Shown here one piece after another: positions 13,213 to 25,999 of a stretch of DNA of 64,000 bases. The position numbers and the translations under genes were made by a program. This DNA is from Mobula birostris (taxonomy: Eukaryota). Positions within the stretch are counted from its first letter, which is position 1, and every line of letters starts with the position of its first letter. The notes beneath the pieces are model-generated. The model saw only the letters and a program-made list of their open reading frames with translations. It had not been told where the DNA came from and did no database searches. The stretch spans positions 18,949,309 through 19,013,308 of the forward strand of contig NC_092379.1 in NCBI RefSeq assembly GCF_030028105.1. Direction: 5' to 3'.

Positions 13213-15699
13213 AGAAAATAAAAAGAATATTGTGAGCAGTGAAGAGTATAAAATATACCGGAGGACTGGCAGCACGTGCTCACTGAGGGAAAGAAGGAGG
13301 GAGCAAGCCAGTGTCGAGAGCTGACATTCCCAGAGGGGAGCAGAGGCCAGTGGCAGGGTAAGGTCCTCAGTTGTTGCACATCCTTGATTTGTAGTTGGCT
13401 GAAATGCAAGAGTGAGAGTTAGTTTGGCTGCTGAGCAACAGGTATTGTTTATTGGCACAAAGGAAGTTGCCATGGTGGGGTGGAGGGAGGGGGAGTGGGG
13501 TGGGGGGGGCGGAGAGGAGAGGGGGAGAAGCTGCATTGACAAACTGGAAAGAAGGAATAAAGCTACTGAAGGAGGAATGGTGTTAAAATGTCAAGGGCAG
13601 AGGAATCAAATGAAAGTTGTGTGTACAAGCTGGGGAAAGAGGTTTCACGAGGGGGTAGATTGAATGAATGTGTTGGAGAATGGCAGAGTGTGTGAGTGAG
13701 ATGGGTACTGTGGCTGGAAATAAACACTGGACTGTCATTGTTGATCTCTCTGTAATATGAAGCAGTACGGGCACATACAGACACAGTTTATGTTACTGAG
13801 AGTTTAATTGAGAAGCTGGGTTCGTGACATAGATACGTGAGTTCAGATCACATCACGGCAGCAGGGATATGTAACTGAAGTCCTGTGTCAGTGACCGTGA
13901 CTGAGAGAAATGGATTGGTGTCTAAATGCATGACTGACGTGTTTCAGGGAAGGGAATCTGCTGACTTTACCTGGTCTGGCCTGTATATATCTCCAGGCCC
14001 TCAGTAAAGTAACTGACCTTTAACTGCACTGTGAAATGGCCCAGTAAACCACCCAGTTCAAGAGCAGTTGGGATGGTAAAGAAATGTTGTTCTACTCACA
14101 TCCTGCGAATGAATAACTAAAAGTTATCCACAGTTATGTTGTATCATGACTGATCTATCATTGTTTTGTTTTTAGATCTATCTACATGATTGGGATTGAT
14201 TTTTAATTACTTCGCAATGTAATTAATTCATTATTAAGAATATTTGCCCTCCCCTTGGACAACATTGGTGTCGTGGAGAGGGGGGACTTGCAGCATGGGC
14301 AACTGCTGGTCTTCCATACAACCTTGCCCAGGCCTGCACCCTGGAGAATGAAGACTTTCCAGGCGCAGGTCCATGATCTCGCAAGACTAACGGATGCCTT
14401 TACTTTAATAATATTTAGAAGGGGGAGGAGAAGATGGCAGCGCGACGCAGCGCGCGCGGCCGCTACAGAATGATATCTGTATTTGTTAAGTAGGGTACCA
14501 TGCACAATTCTGATTTGATGGAGGCAGACGTGAGCAGCATGGAGGAACATCTGGAGAAACTTCTGAAATGCCTGCTTCGCTGCCGCTGCTACTGTGCGAT
14601 TGAGAATCTCCGGAGGGGAAGGCCCCAAATCCTCGGCTTTGCCTGTTGCTTGGCGGCCGGGGCCGGGGTCGAAGCACTCGGCAGAGATGGTGCTTGGTGC
14701 TCGGTGTTGGAGGCTTGAAGTTTTCGGACGGACCCAAGAGTCGGCTATGGTCAGGTGCCTCCAGGGTGCTGCATCGGCAAGTTTGCGGCGCTGGAGGTTC
14801 ATGGCAGGGAGAGTTTTTCTTCCTTCTACCGTCTGCGTGAGATGATGGGACCTTTGAGAGACTTTGAGACTTTTTTTTACCATGCCCATAGTCTGTTCTT
14901 TATCAAATTGCGGTATTGCCTTGCACTGTTGTAACTATATGTTATAATTATGTGGTTTCTGTCAGTTTTTCAGTCTTGGTCTGTCTTGTGTTTCTGTGAT
15001 ATCATACTGGAGGAACATTGTATCATTTCTTAATGCATGCATTACTAAATGATAATAAAAGAGGACTGCGTGTCCTCATAATCATATTTCATGCCTGATT
15101 ACTCTTTATTATTTTAGATTGTTATATCATGATAATGTAGTGAATTGTTTCCATGGAAATTCCATGGATAAGTTGTTTCTTTTTATAAAACTGTGTGTGG
15201 TAGAATTCCCTCAGAGACGGCACTGGGAATGACTCTGCCAAAATTCTATTGGTCAGACTTGCCATTACATGTGACAGGTAATCTCCATAGAATCTGGTCA
15301 CAGTTATCACCGGTTCCTGCAATTACATTCCCCAGTACCTGAGTCAGTGCCATGTCCCTCACAACCTGCTCTACATTCCAGATTATGGGTGCAGGAGTTT
15401 CTTCCACTACGTGATTTTGGTTCCAGTCTCCAAGCACAGTTCCATATATATTTTCCAAATTGACTGAAGGTGGAGCATTCCCTGAGAATCTAATCCTCAA
15501 ATCCTTACAAATAAGAGAATTTCTTGTATAAATTGTTTCTCATACATGGGAATCACAACCTTCCCGAAGATCAATTGTGCATTCCCAAGCTCTGTTGTAT
15601 TCCCTCAGGAACAATGTTGAGAATTAATCACAATTTCTGGTCCTGAGAAGGGGTATTGTCTGGTCTTTCATAGTTTTCCCCAATGTCTCTTTCCATATA

Positions 15700-16390
15700 A
15701 CCATATAACAATTACAGCACGGAAACAGTCTATCTCGGCCCTTCTAGTCCATGCGGAACTCTTACTCTCACCTAGTCCCACTGACCTGCACTCAGTCCAT
15801 AACCCTCCATTCCTTTCCTGTCCATATAGCTGTCCAATTTAACTTTAAACGACGACTTCGTACCTGCCTCAACCACTTCTGCTGGAAGCTCATTCCACAC
15901 AGCTACCACTCTCTGAGTAGAGAAGTTCCCCCTCATGTTATCCCTAAACTTTTGTCCTTTAACTCTCAACTCATGTCCTCTTGTTTGAATCTTCCCCTCT
16001 CTCAATGGAAAAAGCCTATCCACGTCAACTCTATCAATCCCCCTCATAATTTTAAACACTTCTATCAAGTCCCCCCTCAACCTTCTACGCTCCAAAGAAT
16101 AAACCTAACTTGTTCAACCTTTCTCTGTAACTTAGGAGATGAAACCCAGGCAACGTTTTAGTAAACCTCCTCTGTACTCTCTCAATTTTATTGACATCTT
16201 TCCTATAATTTGGTGACCAGAACTGTACACAATACTCCAAATTTGGCCTTACCAATGCCTTATACAATTTCAACATTACATCCCAACTCCTATCCTCAAT
16301 GCTCTGATTAATAAAGGCCAGCAAACCGAAAGCTTTCTTCACCACCCTATCCACAGGAGATTCCATTGTAATGGAATTGCACATCAAGCA
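15700..16390 (-). mobile_element. CR1-like LINE 3' fragment
   Basis: ORFs 16085-16387 and 15772-16095 (MERRRLRGDLIEVFKIMRG). Confidence 0.85.
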
Positions 16391-16544
16391 TTTTTATGAT
16401 TTATAATGGACATAAATAATCATCACAAACATCAGTAACAACTGCTTACAAGTGGCTTAAGTTCCAATAGCCAGAACTCAGCTTTCACAGGTGCTGAACT
16501 CAATCAAATTAATATATTAAAGGACCACTTCTGATGGCTTCATT

Positions 16545-16880
16545 CAGTGGCCACTTTATTAGGTACACTTGCTCTTTTCTGTAAATATCAAATCAGCCAA
16601 TCATGTGGCATCAACTCAATGCATAAAAGCATTCAGACATGTTTGTTGTTCAGACCAAACATCAGAATGATGAAGAAGTGTGATCCAAGTGAGTTTGACT
16701 GTAGAAAGGTTATTGAGGCCAGATGGGGTGGTTTGAATATCTCAGAAACTGCTGGCCTACTGGGATTTTCACACACAACAGTCTCTAGAGTTCATGGAGA
16801 ATGGAGCAAAAAACAAAAAAAAAATCAATGGACGTCAGTTTTGTGGGTGAAAATGCCCTGTTAACGAGAGAGGTCAGAGG
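16545..16880 (+). mobile_element. Tc1/mariner transposon 5' fragment
   Basis: CAGTGGCCACTTTATTAGGTACAC terminal-repeat-like start and a helix-turn-helix peptide GLNISETAGLLGFSHTTVSRV. Confidence 0.75.
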
Positions 16881-18259
16881 CTGATGGCCAATATATACCC
16901 ATTTCAGGGGTATATTCCTTCAATATCTGGTCCTGTGTGCATTCTTCCAATGTCTGTCCCTTGGAGTTACTCTGCTCAAATCAGGTGCTGTTGTCCATCA
17001 ATGTATTCTATTCAATTCTTGATTTGCATTAATCTAGTACCTGTTTATGTTTTCTACTCCTGGTGTGTTTTACCCCAGTATCTGGCATGTTTTCCTGCAC
17101 TGGTATATTTTCTTAAAAATGCTTTCTCTTGCTGACATCACATTAAAACATGTACATGGTCGATAGCCAGTTCTGAGTCACCTGTACTTGTACCAACAGC
17201 TCCACACTCTCTGATGGGGGATGCTGCAGGATGCACAAAGTTTCCTTCAGCTAAACACCGAGCAGGCCAAAAGCTTTGGTCCCCACAGTGAGTTCTGTTC
17301 CAGGGCACTGATGCTGTTCAGTCGATTTTCAGTGACCTGAGAACAAAAATTCAGACTGACTTGGCTGTTCACTGTAGTACAGAGGGACAGAGGTGCTGCC
17401 TTTCAGCTGAGACATTGAAGGGAGGTTGTGTGTGCAATGGTGAAGCTCCTGTACCCACGGTTTTATAGGACATGGAGTGTGGAGATTAGGATAATGTGTT
17501 GAAATATGGATTGAGACACTCATTATGAAACATTCCATCAATATCTGGCTCTGGGATGTATAACAAGGTTCTGAGAAACTCCCCCAGTGAGCCTCTGTGC
17601 TTTCCTGAATATCTTTCTCGGGGTGCAGCACCCCAGTGTTCCCACTGTGAGAAATCCTTTATGAACATGAGCAGTACGTGTGGGGCTACACTCATATAGT
17701 ACTGGCTGGGAATCACTCCGATATTTGTCCCGGGATGCATTACCCACTGGTATGTGGAGGCAGATGGAATCTCTGCAGTGATGAGGGAACTAAGATGGGC
17801 TGAATGGCTTCCCTCAGTTTTATCAACTCCAGTCACTTCATGTTCTCCTTTTCTTTGTTTTTAATGAATAAAATTTCAAATCATGACATGACATAAACTC
17901 CAGCAGAAAACTGGAAGAAAAGTTATAGGCAATGATTTCCACAACATCTGATTTACAAAATTTGACAGAGCAAGATCCCAAACCCACTTTCCACCACATC
18001 CCCCTCCCCACGTCACCTTCTTGCTCCATAACAATAATAACCACTTCCTCACCTCCCCACTCTCCATCACAAACTACACCTCCATCCCCTGCTCCCCATT
18101 CCCAAGCCTTAATCCTGCCTTCCTCTCCCCTCCTGTATACCCCCTCCAGTGTCACATATCCTGCCATTTTCCCAATGTATCATCCACTGCTGTCCCTCTG
18201 CCCACTGAACCGGCTCTGTGCCCCCATTTCCCATCTGGCATCCCCGGTACATTTAGAGG

Positions 18260-18265
18260 TTTATT
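18260..18265 (-). terminator. Candidate poly(A) signal of the membrane-form mRNA
   Basis: AATAAA on the minus strand about 125 nt after the candidate TM2 stop. Confidence 0.55.
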
Positions 18266-18390
18266 TCCTGAAATGAGCAGTTGCAGTGCAGTAGCCTCGG
18301 ATTGCCGAGTGAGTGAGATGGAGACTCCATTTCCAAACATTGCAGCCACAGGGGGATTTCTTCATTGAACGTGGGGCGTGTGTCTGCTGG

Positions 18391-18402
18391 TCACTGCTGA
18401 GC
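18391..18402 (-). CDS. IgW: Candidate IgW TM2 exon (cytoplasmic AQQ-stop)
   Basis: Pyrimidine-rich acceptor CTCTCCCGTCTATATTTCAG|GCT CAG CAG TGA, phase 0 matching TM1, with a downstream AATAAA. Confidence 0.55.
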   Translation of the reverse strand, partial: AQQ

Positions 18403-18599
18403 CTGAAATATAGACGGGAGAGTATGATATAGTACGTGACAAGGTGCAGCACAGGGGTTAACCTGTGAGAACAGGTGAACTAAATAACAGACGGTCTGTC
18501 CTCATTTGAGGAGATGGAGCCCCATGAAGAGGTGTCTGTCAGTATTCCCCGAGGTCACCCCAAAACACGAATCTGAGTATCAGTTCAGACCTTTAGTGT

Positions 18600-20560
18600 G
18601 ATCCATAGTTGGGCTAAAGTTTTATGTCCTGAGTAAGACCATAAGATAAGATATAGGAGCAGAACCCCCCCCATCTTTAACTATCGACTGCAACATCTTC
18701 CCAACCACCGAGGTCAGGCTAACTGGGCTAGAATTTCCTTTTGTCTGCCTCTCTCCCTTCTTGAAGAATGGCGTGACAATTACAATTTTCCAGTCCTTCA
18801 GAACTGTACCAGAATCTAGTGATTCTTGAAAGATCATTACTAACGCCTTCATAATCTCTTCAGCCACCTCTTTCAGAATCCTGGAGTGTAGACCATCTGA
18901 TCCAGGTGACTTATCTACCTTCAGACCTTTCAGTTTCCAAAGCACCTTTTCCCTGGTAATAACATCTTCACTCACTTCTTCCCCCTGACACTCTTGAACT
19001 TCCGTCATACTGCCAGTGCCTTCCCCAGTGTAGTCTGATGCAAAGTGCTTATTCATTTCCTTGTCCCTTATTACTACCTCTCCAGCATCATTTTCCAGCA
19101 CTCCAAAATCTCCTCTCACCTCTCTTTTACACTTTATGTATCTGAAGAAACTTTTGGTATCCTCTTTAATATTATTGGCTATCTTACCTTTGTATTCCTT
19201 CTTTTTCTTTCTGACTTTATTTAGTTGTCTTCTGTTGTTTTTTAAAAGCTTCCCAATCCTCTAACTTCCCACTAATTTTTGCTCTATTATATGCCCGTTG
19301 TTTGGATTTTATGTTGGCTTTGACTTCTCTTGTCAGCCACGGTGTCTCATCCTGCATTTTGAATACTTCTTCTTCTTTGGGATGTGCCTTCTGAATTACT
19401 CCCAGAAACTCCAGCCATTGCTGCTCTGCTGTTATCCCTGTCAGTGTCCCCTTCCAATCAATTTTGGGCAGTTCCTCTCTCATGCCTCTGCATTTCCCTT
19501 TATTCCACTGTAATACTGATACATCTGACTCTAGCTTCTCCTTCTCCATTTGCAGAGTGAGTTATATCATATTATGATCACTGGACCCTAAGGGTTCCTT
19601 TAGCTTAAGCTCCGTAATCAATTCCAGTTCATTGCACAACACCCAATCCAGAATAGCTAATCCCCTGATGTGCTCGACCATGACCTGCTTTAAAAAGCCA
19701 TCTTGTAGGCATTGTACGAATTTCCACTCTTGAGATCCAGCACCAACTTGATATTCCCAATCTACCTGCATATTGAGATTCTCCCATGACTATTGTAACA
19801 TTGCCCTTTTGACATGCATTTTCTATCTCCTGTTGTAATTAGTAGACCAAGTATTTGCCACTGTTCATTATAGGGTCTTTTTACCCTTGCAATTCCTTAA
19901 TTCTACCCACAATGATTCTACACCTTCCGATCCTATGTCATCTCTTTCTATTGATTTGATTTCATTTTTTACCAACAGAGCTAATCCACCCCCTCTACCT
20001 ACCTGCCTGTCCTTTTGATGCAATGGGCATCCTTGGACATTAAGCTCCCAGCTGTAATCTTCTTTCAGCCGTGATTCAGTGATGCCACAACATCATGCAT
20101 TCCAATCTGTAGCTGTGCCACAAGTCCATCCACATTATTCCATATACTGTGTGCATTGAAATGTTACACCTTCACTTTTGTATTCATCACCCTCTCCTAT
20201 TTTGTCCTCCTTTTACATTGCAACTCATCCTGTTGACTGCATTTTAGTCCAATCATCAGTCTCTGCTTGCTAGCAACCTCGCTACATACTGCCTTTGTTA
20301 GTAAACCAATGACTAGATCCTCTGCCCTATCACTCCATTTCCTATCCCCCGTCAAATTAGTTTAAATGCACTCGAACGGCTCTAGCAAACCTGCCCACTT
20401 GATATTTGTCCCCCTAAGGTTCAGGTGTTATCTGTCCCTTTTATACAGGTCACACCTTCCCCAGAGGTGATCACAGTGATTCAGAAATCTGCCCCCTGCC
20501 CCCTACACCAGTTCCTCAGCCACACATTCATCTGCCAAATCATCCTCTTCTGACCCTTAC
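18600..20560 (-). mobile_element. CR1-like LINE (endonuclease to RT part) in the TM1-TM2 intron
   Basis: Fragments GSSDHNMI, KLKGLKVDKSPGSDGLHSRILKE, PVSLTSVVGK. Confidence 0.8.
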
Positions 20561-20839
20561 CCTGCTGTTCTCTCAATACAACTCTTGCTTGATTTCCTTG
20601 TTTAAGTTCACAATTGTTGCTCTAAATACCCTTTCACATTCTGCCACCTTCTGCTTATCAAGGCCCAGAGGCTCGGAGTAAAGAGGAAAGGTGTAAAGTC
20701 CCAGGGGTTGTGAAGGCCTCAGACTGCGTTGTCTGTTGACTGTGCTGTCGTTGGGATTGCAGTGTCAGAGAATGCAATGTGAGATAAGGAAGCTGAAAGT
20801 TTGTGTTTCATGGGAGGCCTCTGTTAGTCAATTAGTTAC

Positions 20840-20982
20840 CTTGACAACGGTGACGAAGGTGCTGTAGAGGAAACTGATGATAAACAGAACGGCAAAGGCA
20901 GCAACTGTAAGCACATTGTCATTTCCATCCACGTGTCCCTGTTCTTCCTTCCCCTCCTCTCCTGTCAAGTCTGTGCAGGTTT
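20840..20982 (-). CDS. IgW: IgW transmembrane exon TM1
   Basis: TTCTTTCAG|AA ACC TGC... gives ETCTDLTGEEGKEEQGHVDGNDNVLTVAAFAVLFIISFLYSTFVTVVK, with the antigen-receptor TM motif (LF...YST..T) and donor AAG|GTAACT. Not in the ORF track. Confidence 0.93.
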
Positions 20983-23563
20983 CTGAAAGAATTGAGAAAG
21001 TGAGATAGTTGATGTTTCCTGAAGATCAACAACATCTTAATCACATGAAGACAACAGGAAGACAGGAAAACAGGAGGCCTGAGTCAGTTCCACCATTCAA
21101 TGACATTGTAGTTGATCTTTGACCAACTGCATTGACCTGACTTTTGCCCAGATCCATTAATCCCAGTGATTATCCAAGCCACTAAATCTCATGTTTAAAA
21201 TGACCTTCAGACCTGACACTGTGGAAGACTGTACTGAACTTCCATGAACCTCTTCAAGTTGAATGTCTGTTTTTCTTTGCATTTCCGGCACTGTTTTTTT
21301 CTCTTCCTTGTCTTGCATGATTTATGTAAAATTAGGATGTAGCGCGTTGTCTGAAGCTACATGCCTGTGATGCTGCAAGCAAGTTTCTGATTTTACCTGC
21401 CCCTCAAGGTACTTGTGCACATGACAATAAACTCGACTTAACTTGTTTCCTTACAGCATGTCATTTGTAACTTGGGAGCCCCTAGACAGAACTCAATGAA
21501 CTAGTTTTTCCTCATCGACTATGTTCACTCCGCCGAAAATATTGACCAGATCTTCCATTAGTGTTCTTCATTACAGATGCTACACTCTCATTTAACATTA
21601 TCCCAACTTGTAATTTGCACTGGGGAGTGCATGTTTGTTCATCACTCTCTTCAAGACAGTTTGTCCTTTCCTGGATGTGGTCCCAAAACCTTGAATTGGT
21701 TCTTGCCTATTCATTTCATCGATTATTATCTCTGCAGTTAAAACACTACAGATTGCTGATAGATTTGTCAGCCTTGTGTGAGTGGCAAAGTTGTCACGTG
21801 GGTATCTGCCCAATATCAGCGCCGACTGCCTGTCTTTTGATCGCTGCTGGAGATGGATTCTGTGAGCGGCCTATTGCTGTGTGTCTCGCTGTGACAGGCG
21901 GGTCGGCCTCTCTGCCTCGTGTGGTGTTCCTCTCCTCTCTTTCAATGGATGTCGGTGATATCAGAGATGGTATTGTGGATCTGTGTTTATGGATTGGACT
22001 GTTGTGTTTATGGACTGTGGACATTTTCAGACTTATCGTTTTATATTCTGTGTTTTTTTTTTCGCCCGTTCCTTTTCGGTTTTGTTGTGTGAGGGGAGGG
22101 TGTTTGGGGGTTGGTGTTCTGTTAGTTTTTTGTGTGGACGAGGGGTTGCCTTTTGGGGTTTGCTGTTTCTGTTCCATTTTGTGTGGGGGAGGGTGTTTTT
22201 GGGGGGGGTTTGATGATCGGGTGTTGTTCTTATTTATATGGGGGGTGGGTTTGCTGTTTCTCTGTGAACGATTTTCATATACTTTCTTTGTTTTCGTGGC
22301 TACCTGGAGAATCAAATTTCAGAGTCGTATATGGATATAGTATATTGATAATAAAAGAACCTTTGAATCTTTGATCTAGTGAATAGTGTCAGCACTGAAC
22401 ACATTGCTGCAGGTCACAGGTCATCACTGTCTACATATTGTCCCTTCTTTCTGTAACTCTCCACTTTCTGAATGAGTTCACCAATTGTCTTCACAAAGTT
22501 GATGAAATACCTTTCCCTGTCAATTAACCTTAGAAACTGTGGACCAATCCGGAATGTTCTATCATTTCCACAGTGGAAACTATAGTACACATTGACCAAA
22601 ATCTACTTGAATGTCTGTCTGTCTGTCTATACAATGAAGCACAGAACCAACCAGGCAACACTTCCAGCCCCTCAGGTTTAAGTCACACAATTGTATCCCA
22701 AAACATACCGGCACGGAACACTGGCAGCCGAATGCTTTCCATACCTTCTTTATTGAACTTTGATTACACAAACACAGGCTGACATTCAACCTGTCAAGTA
22801 GTCTACACAAGTTTCCAACACCATCAGACCTGACACAAGGAAGTTTTAACAAGAGCTGCAGGATCTCAGAAATGTTAGTAATTTATTTTGATGCATTTAA
22901 TCATGAAATATATATTTCCATTTTGAGCTAATGAGAAGGACTTGCAGGTAATCTTGCTTGTTTCAGTGAGGTAAACCACACTGTTGTAGGATCAACCATC
23001 AATTGAAGGTTTGCAATTGGTGTTGTTGGCCACTCTGTCCATGGGAATCTCTGCTGCAGAGAACCCAGTGACCCAACTTCTTTCCATCTCATCTGGTGGG
23101 GAAGGGTAACTTTAGAGGGTTCCTATTGGGAATGGATTTTTTAATCATTTGTTGTTTACCTGGAGTATTCTGCTCTTACTCCATCCAAGCCAATGTTTAT
23201 ACCACTAGCGATCTCACCGCATCTAAAATATGAAGGCTTTTTACTTTTGGAAATGAAAGATAAATTGTGGAAAGTGTTCAGTGGGTTAGAAAACACTTGT
23301 GAACAGAGAAAGGGATAACATTGAGAGAGCATCACACGTGTACTCTGTACCATTGCTTCAGCACTAGTTCTGTGCCTGGCTGAGTACTGTGCATCTCTCT
23401 GGTTTACTGGAACTCAACAACTGTCTGGTGTCCAGTTACATTCCACAATGCCTGCTCCAGTGGAACTCAGTTCCTCCAGTTCTGCTGACAGATAGACTTG
23501 CTTCATGTCTCTGAGACGTTGGTGTGTAAACATTGACCCTGCAGTCATTATTTCATCATTCCC

Positions 23564-23637
23564 TCACTGACAAGGTCGGCATTCCTTACTCTGCTCCAGC
23601 AGGTCCGTCACAGAGCAATGAAGAGTTTGATGTGGGA
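23564..23637 (-). CDS. Candidate Cys-rich secretory tail exon after CH4'
   Basis: CCCTGTTTACCCATATCCATCAG|TC CCA...; phase 1 gives VPHQTLHCSVTDLLEQSKECRPCQ-stop (3 Cys, one penultimate). No homology check was possible. Confidence 0.4.
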
Positions 23638-24096
23638 CTGATGGATATGGGTAAACAGGGTAGGAAGGCCAGTGTCCTTCACCAAAGAACATCAGAGAAA
23701 TAGTTTGTAATCTAAAACTAGAATCCGGCACAGTCACCTCCAGTTATGTGTTCACGCCATTGTCCTGAGGCTTGGGAACAGACTGTAGGTCAATGATCCT
23801 GGTGCTAGTACTGAGGGAGTGCTGCACTCTTGCACATCTGTCTGAGATGCGAAAGAGGGGCCCAGATGGGTATTTACTGATGGACAGACAGACCTTGTGT
23901 TGGTAGTTTAGAAGAGAGTTAAGTTTTGAAAGCATCGGATGAACTCTGCTTCTTTCCCACTCTCTGCCTCTGCATTATTAATCCACTCACACAACTACAA
24001 CAATGCCAGACTTGCCGTTACCTATTGACCTGGGTTGTCCCTGGGTTGTGACTGTGGCAGAGGATGTCAACAGTGGAGTGAACCTCAGAATCATAC

Positions 24097-24414
24097 CTTG
24101 AATGTTTTTCACATCCTGCCTGACACTGGTGTTGGAGGGGGGATGAGACACTGTGCATCTGAAAACTGAGCCTTCCTTCCACTCCTCTGTGCTCACAGTC
24201 AGGACGTAGCTGGCAATGAAAGTCCCTGCCTGTTCCAGGGCAGTTGGTCTCACACTGGTGTTGGAAGAGATCAGAGAGTCCCCTTTCTCCCAGGTGATGG
24301 TTATTTGGTCCGGGTAGAATCCAGAAGCAACACACTCGAGGGTGACCGTGTTCCCACTCTTGGTCTCTCCCTCTGGCGGTGGCAGCAGTCTGACTTTGGG
24401 ACTTGTTATCTCCA
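24097..24414 (-). CDS. IgW: IgW distal CH4' exon
   Basis: 318 nt, CCAG|TG...CAAG|GTATGA; VEITSPKVRLLPP...CVASGFYPDQITITW...FRCTVSHPPSN. Confidence 0.93.
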
Positions 24415-24503
24415 CTGGAACAGATAGGCAAACAATGGAAATATCACACATTTTTACTGAGGTAACCAACGTTGTCCATTTTAATCACTGACATCTTGCC
24501 CAC

Positions 24504-24806
24504 CTTTGGTACTTTTTGTCCGTGCTGATACTGGTGAGGTTGCAGAAGGTTGTTGGGCAGAGCAAGTGTACTCCACCCCACTGGTCCACTCCTCCACACT
24601 GGTCTGGAGTTGGCTGATCACTGTGTCTTGGGTTCCTTCCTCTCTTGCTTTTTTGGTCGCATTTGCTTTGACTTTCTCCCTCTCGTTCACCTGCCAGTGG
24701 ATTTGGACCTGGCTCAGATCAGCACCCACAATCATACACACCAGAGTAGCGGTCTGGTTGATCCACATCTCTTCAATGGAGGGATTTTGGATAAAGACAG
24801 ACAACT
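24504..24806 (-). CDS. IgW: IgW distal CH3' exon
   Basis: 303 nt, TACAG|AG...AAAG|GTGGGC; ELSVFIQNPSIEEMWINQTATLVC...SVEEWTSGVEYTC. Confidence 0.93.
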
Positions 24807-25999
24807 CTGTAGATTAGAAATAGAAAATTTACAAACTGGACAATATCTGCTGTTAGCTGGCTTGACAACTTCAGCTCAGATTTATCCCAAAGCTCAATTT
24901 GTACATAATTGTACAACGGAATGAAATCAGGTTTGCTTACAGAGTGGGTTGCTCATCTCTGCTTCCAACCTTTGACTGAGAAAACAAAATTAAACATCAA
25001 GGAGCTTATTTCCTTGGGACCCTTTCGGGTCACAGCATGAACTGTGGGACAGTTGCCTAGCTACGTGACATTTAGCTGCTGGAATGCCAATAAAATGTGC
25101 TATCAGAGCTGTGAATTGGAATGAGAAATTCAGTTTCTGACCAAAGACAACATTTCCTGTCTCAGGAAGGGAATTTGTGGGAAGACACACCAGTCTTCAT
25201 TGAGGGATCAGCAGTGGAAAGGCTGAGCAGTTTCCAGTTCCTGGGTGTTAATATCTCTGAAGATCTATCCTGAGTCAACATATTGATGCAATAACAAAGA
25301 AGGCATGACAGTGGCTGCATTTCATTTGGAGTTTGAGTACGTTGGTATGTCGGTAAAGACTCTCTCAGATCTCTACAGGTGTACCGTGGAGAATATTCTA
25401 ACTGTTTCACAATCGGAAAAAGCTGCAGGAGGTTGTAAACTCAGCCAGCTCCATCATGGGCACCAACCACCCCAGGGTTGATGACACCTTCAACAGGCGA
25501 TGCCCCAAGAAGGCGGTGTGGTTTATTTGCAACCTATCTTAGTATTAATTAGACAGTGCATATATCACGACTCGATGCTTTATGCTCTGAGTGTGTTTTT
25601 ATTTCTCATTCTCGCTTCCATGTTCCCTCAATCATGTGATGTTCTGTCCCAGAGTGATGACATCACTGAACTTGACAAGTGTCAAAACTACATTAACTGA
25701 CCTTACCATTTCAATACATGACATTGCTGCTTTCCTGAGAAATGAACTGCAGTGTTTCAGAACACATTCAACTCACAGATTTAATTATTTCAATTCAACG
25801 GTACTCTCTGAAATGCATGACTATAACCAACACATTTTCTGTTTCAACTTAATAACTCTGGAACTGAAAACTTCATTTTCAACTTACAACAGTCTACATT
25901 GTTTCAAACCCACAACTTAAGCTCTACTTCAATACAATAATGTGAAACTCCAGAGGTTGTTTCCTAACCCTTTGAGGTCTCTCTTTGAGTTTCTCTTTG

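Noticed and set aside
12810-13542. ORFs spanning the X run
   Set aside because: Artefacts of the N gap.
20560-20839. KVK-type TM2 close to TM1
   Set aside because: No acceptor followed by a short Val/Ala-Lys-stop was found; 18391-18402 fits better.
21561-22340. 259-aa hydrophobic ORF and the opposite-strand 173-aa ORF
   Set aside because: Low-complexity G/T-rich repeat sequence ending in a LINE-type 3' tail; no splice or domain support.
23156-23300. Alternative tail exon VFSNPLN...EYSR-stop after CH4'
   Set aside because: Weak acceptor (CACAAG) and no tailpiece features; cannot be distinguished from a chance ORF.
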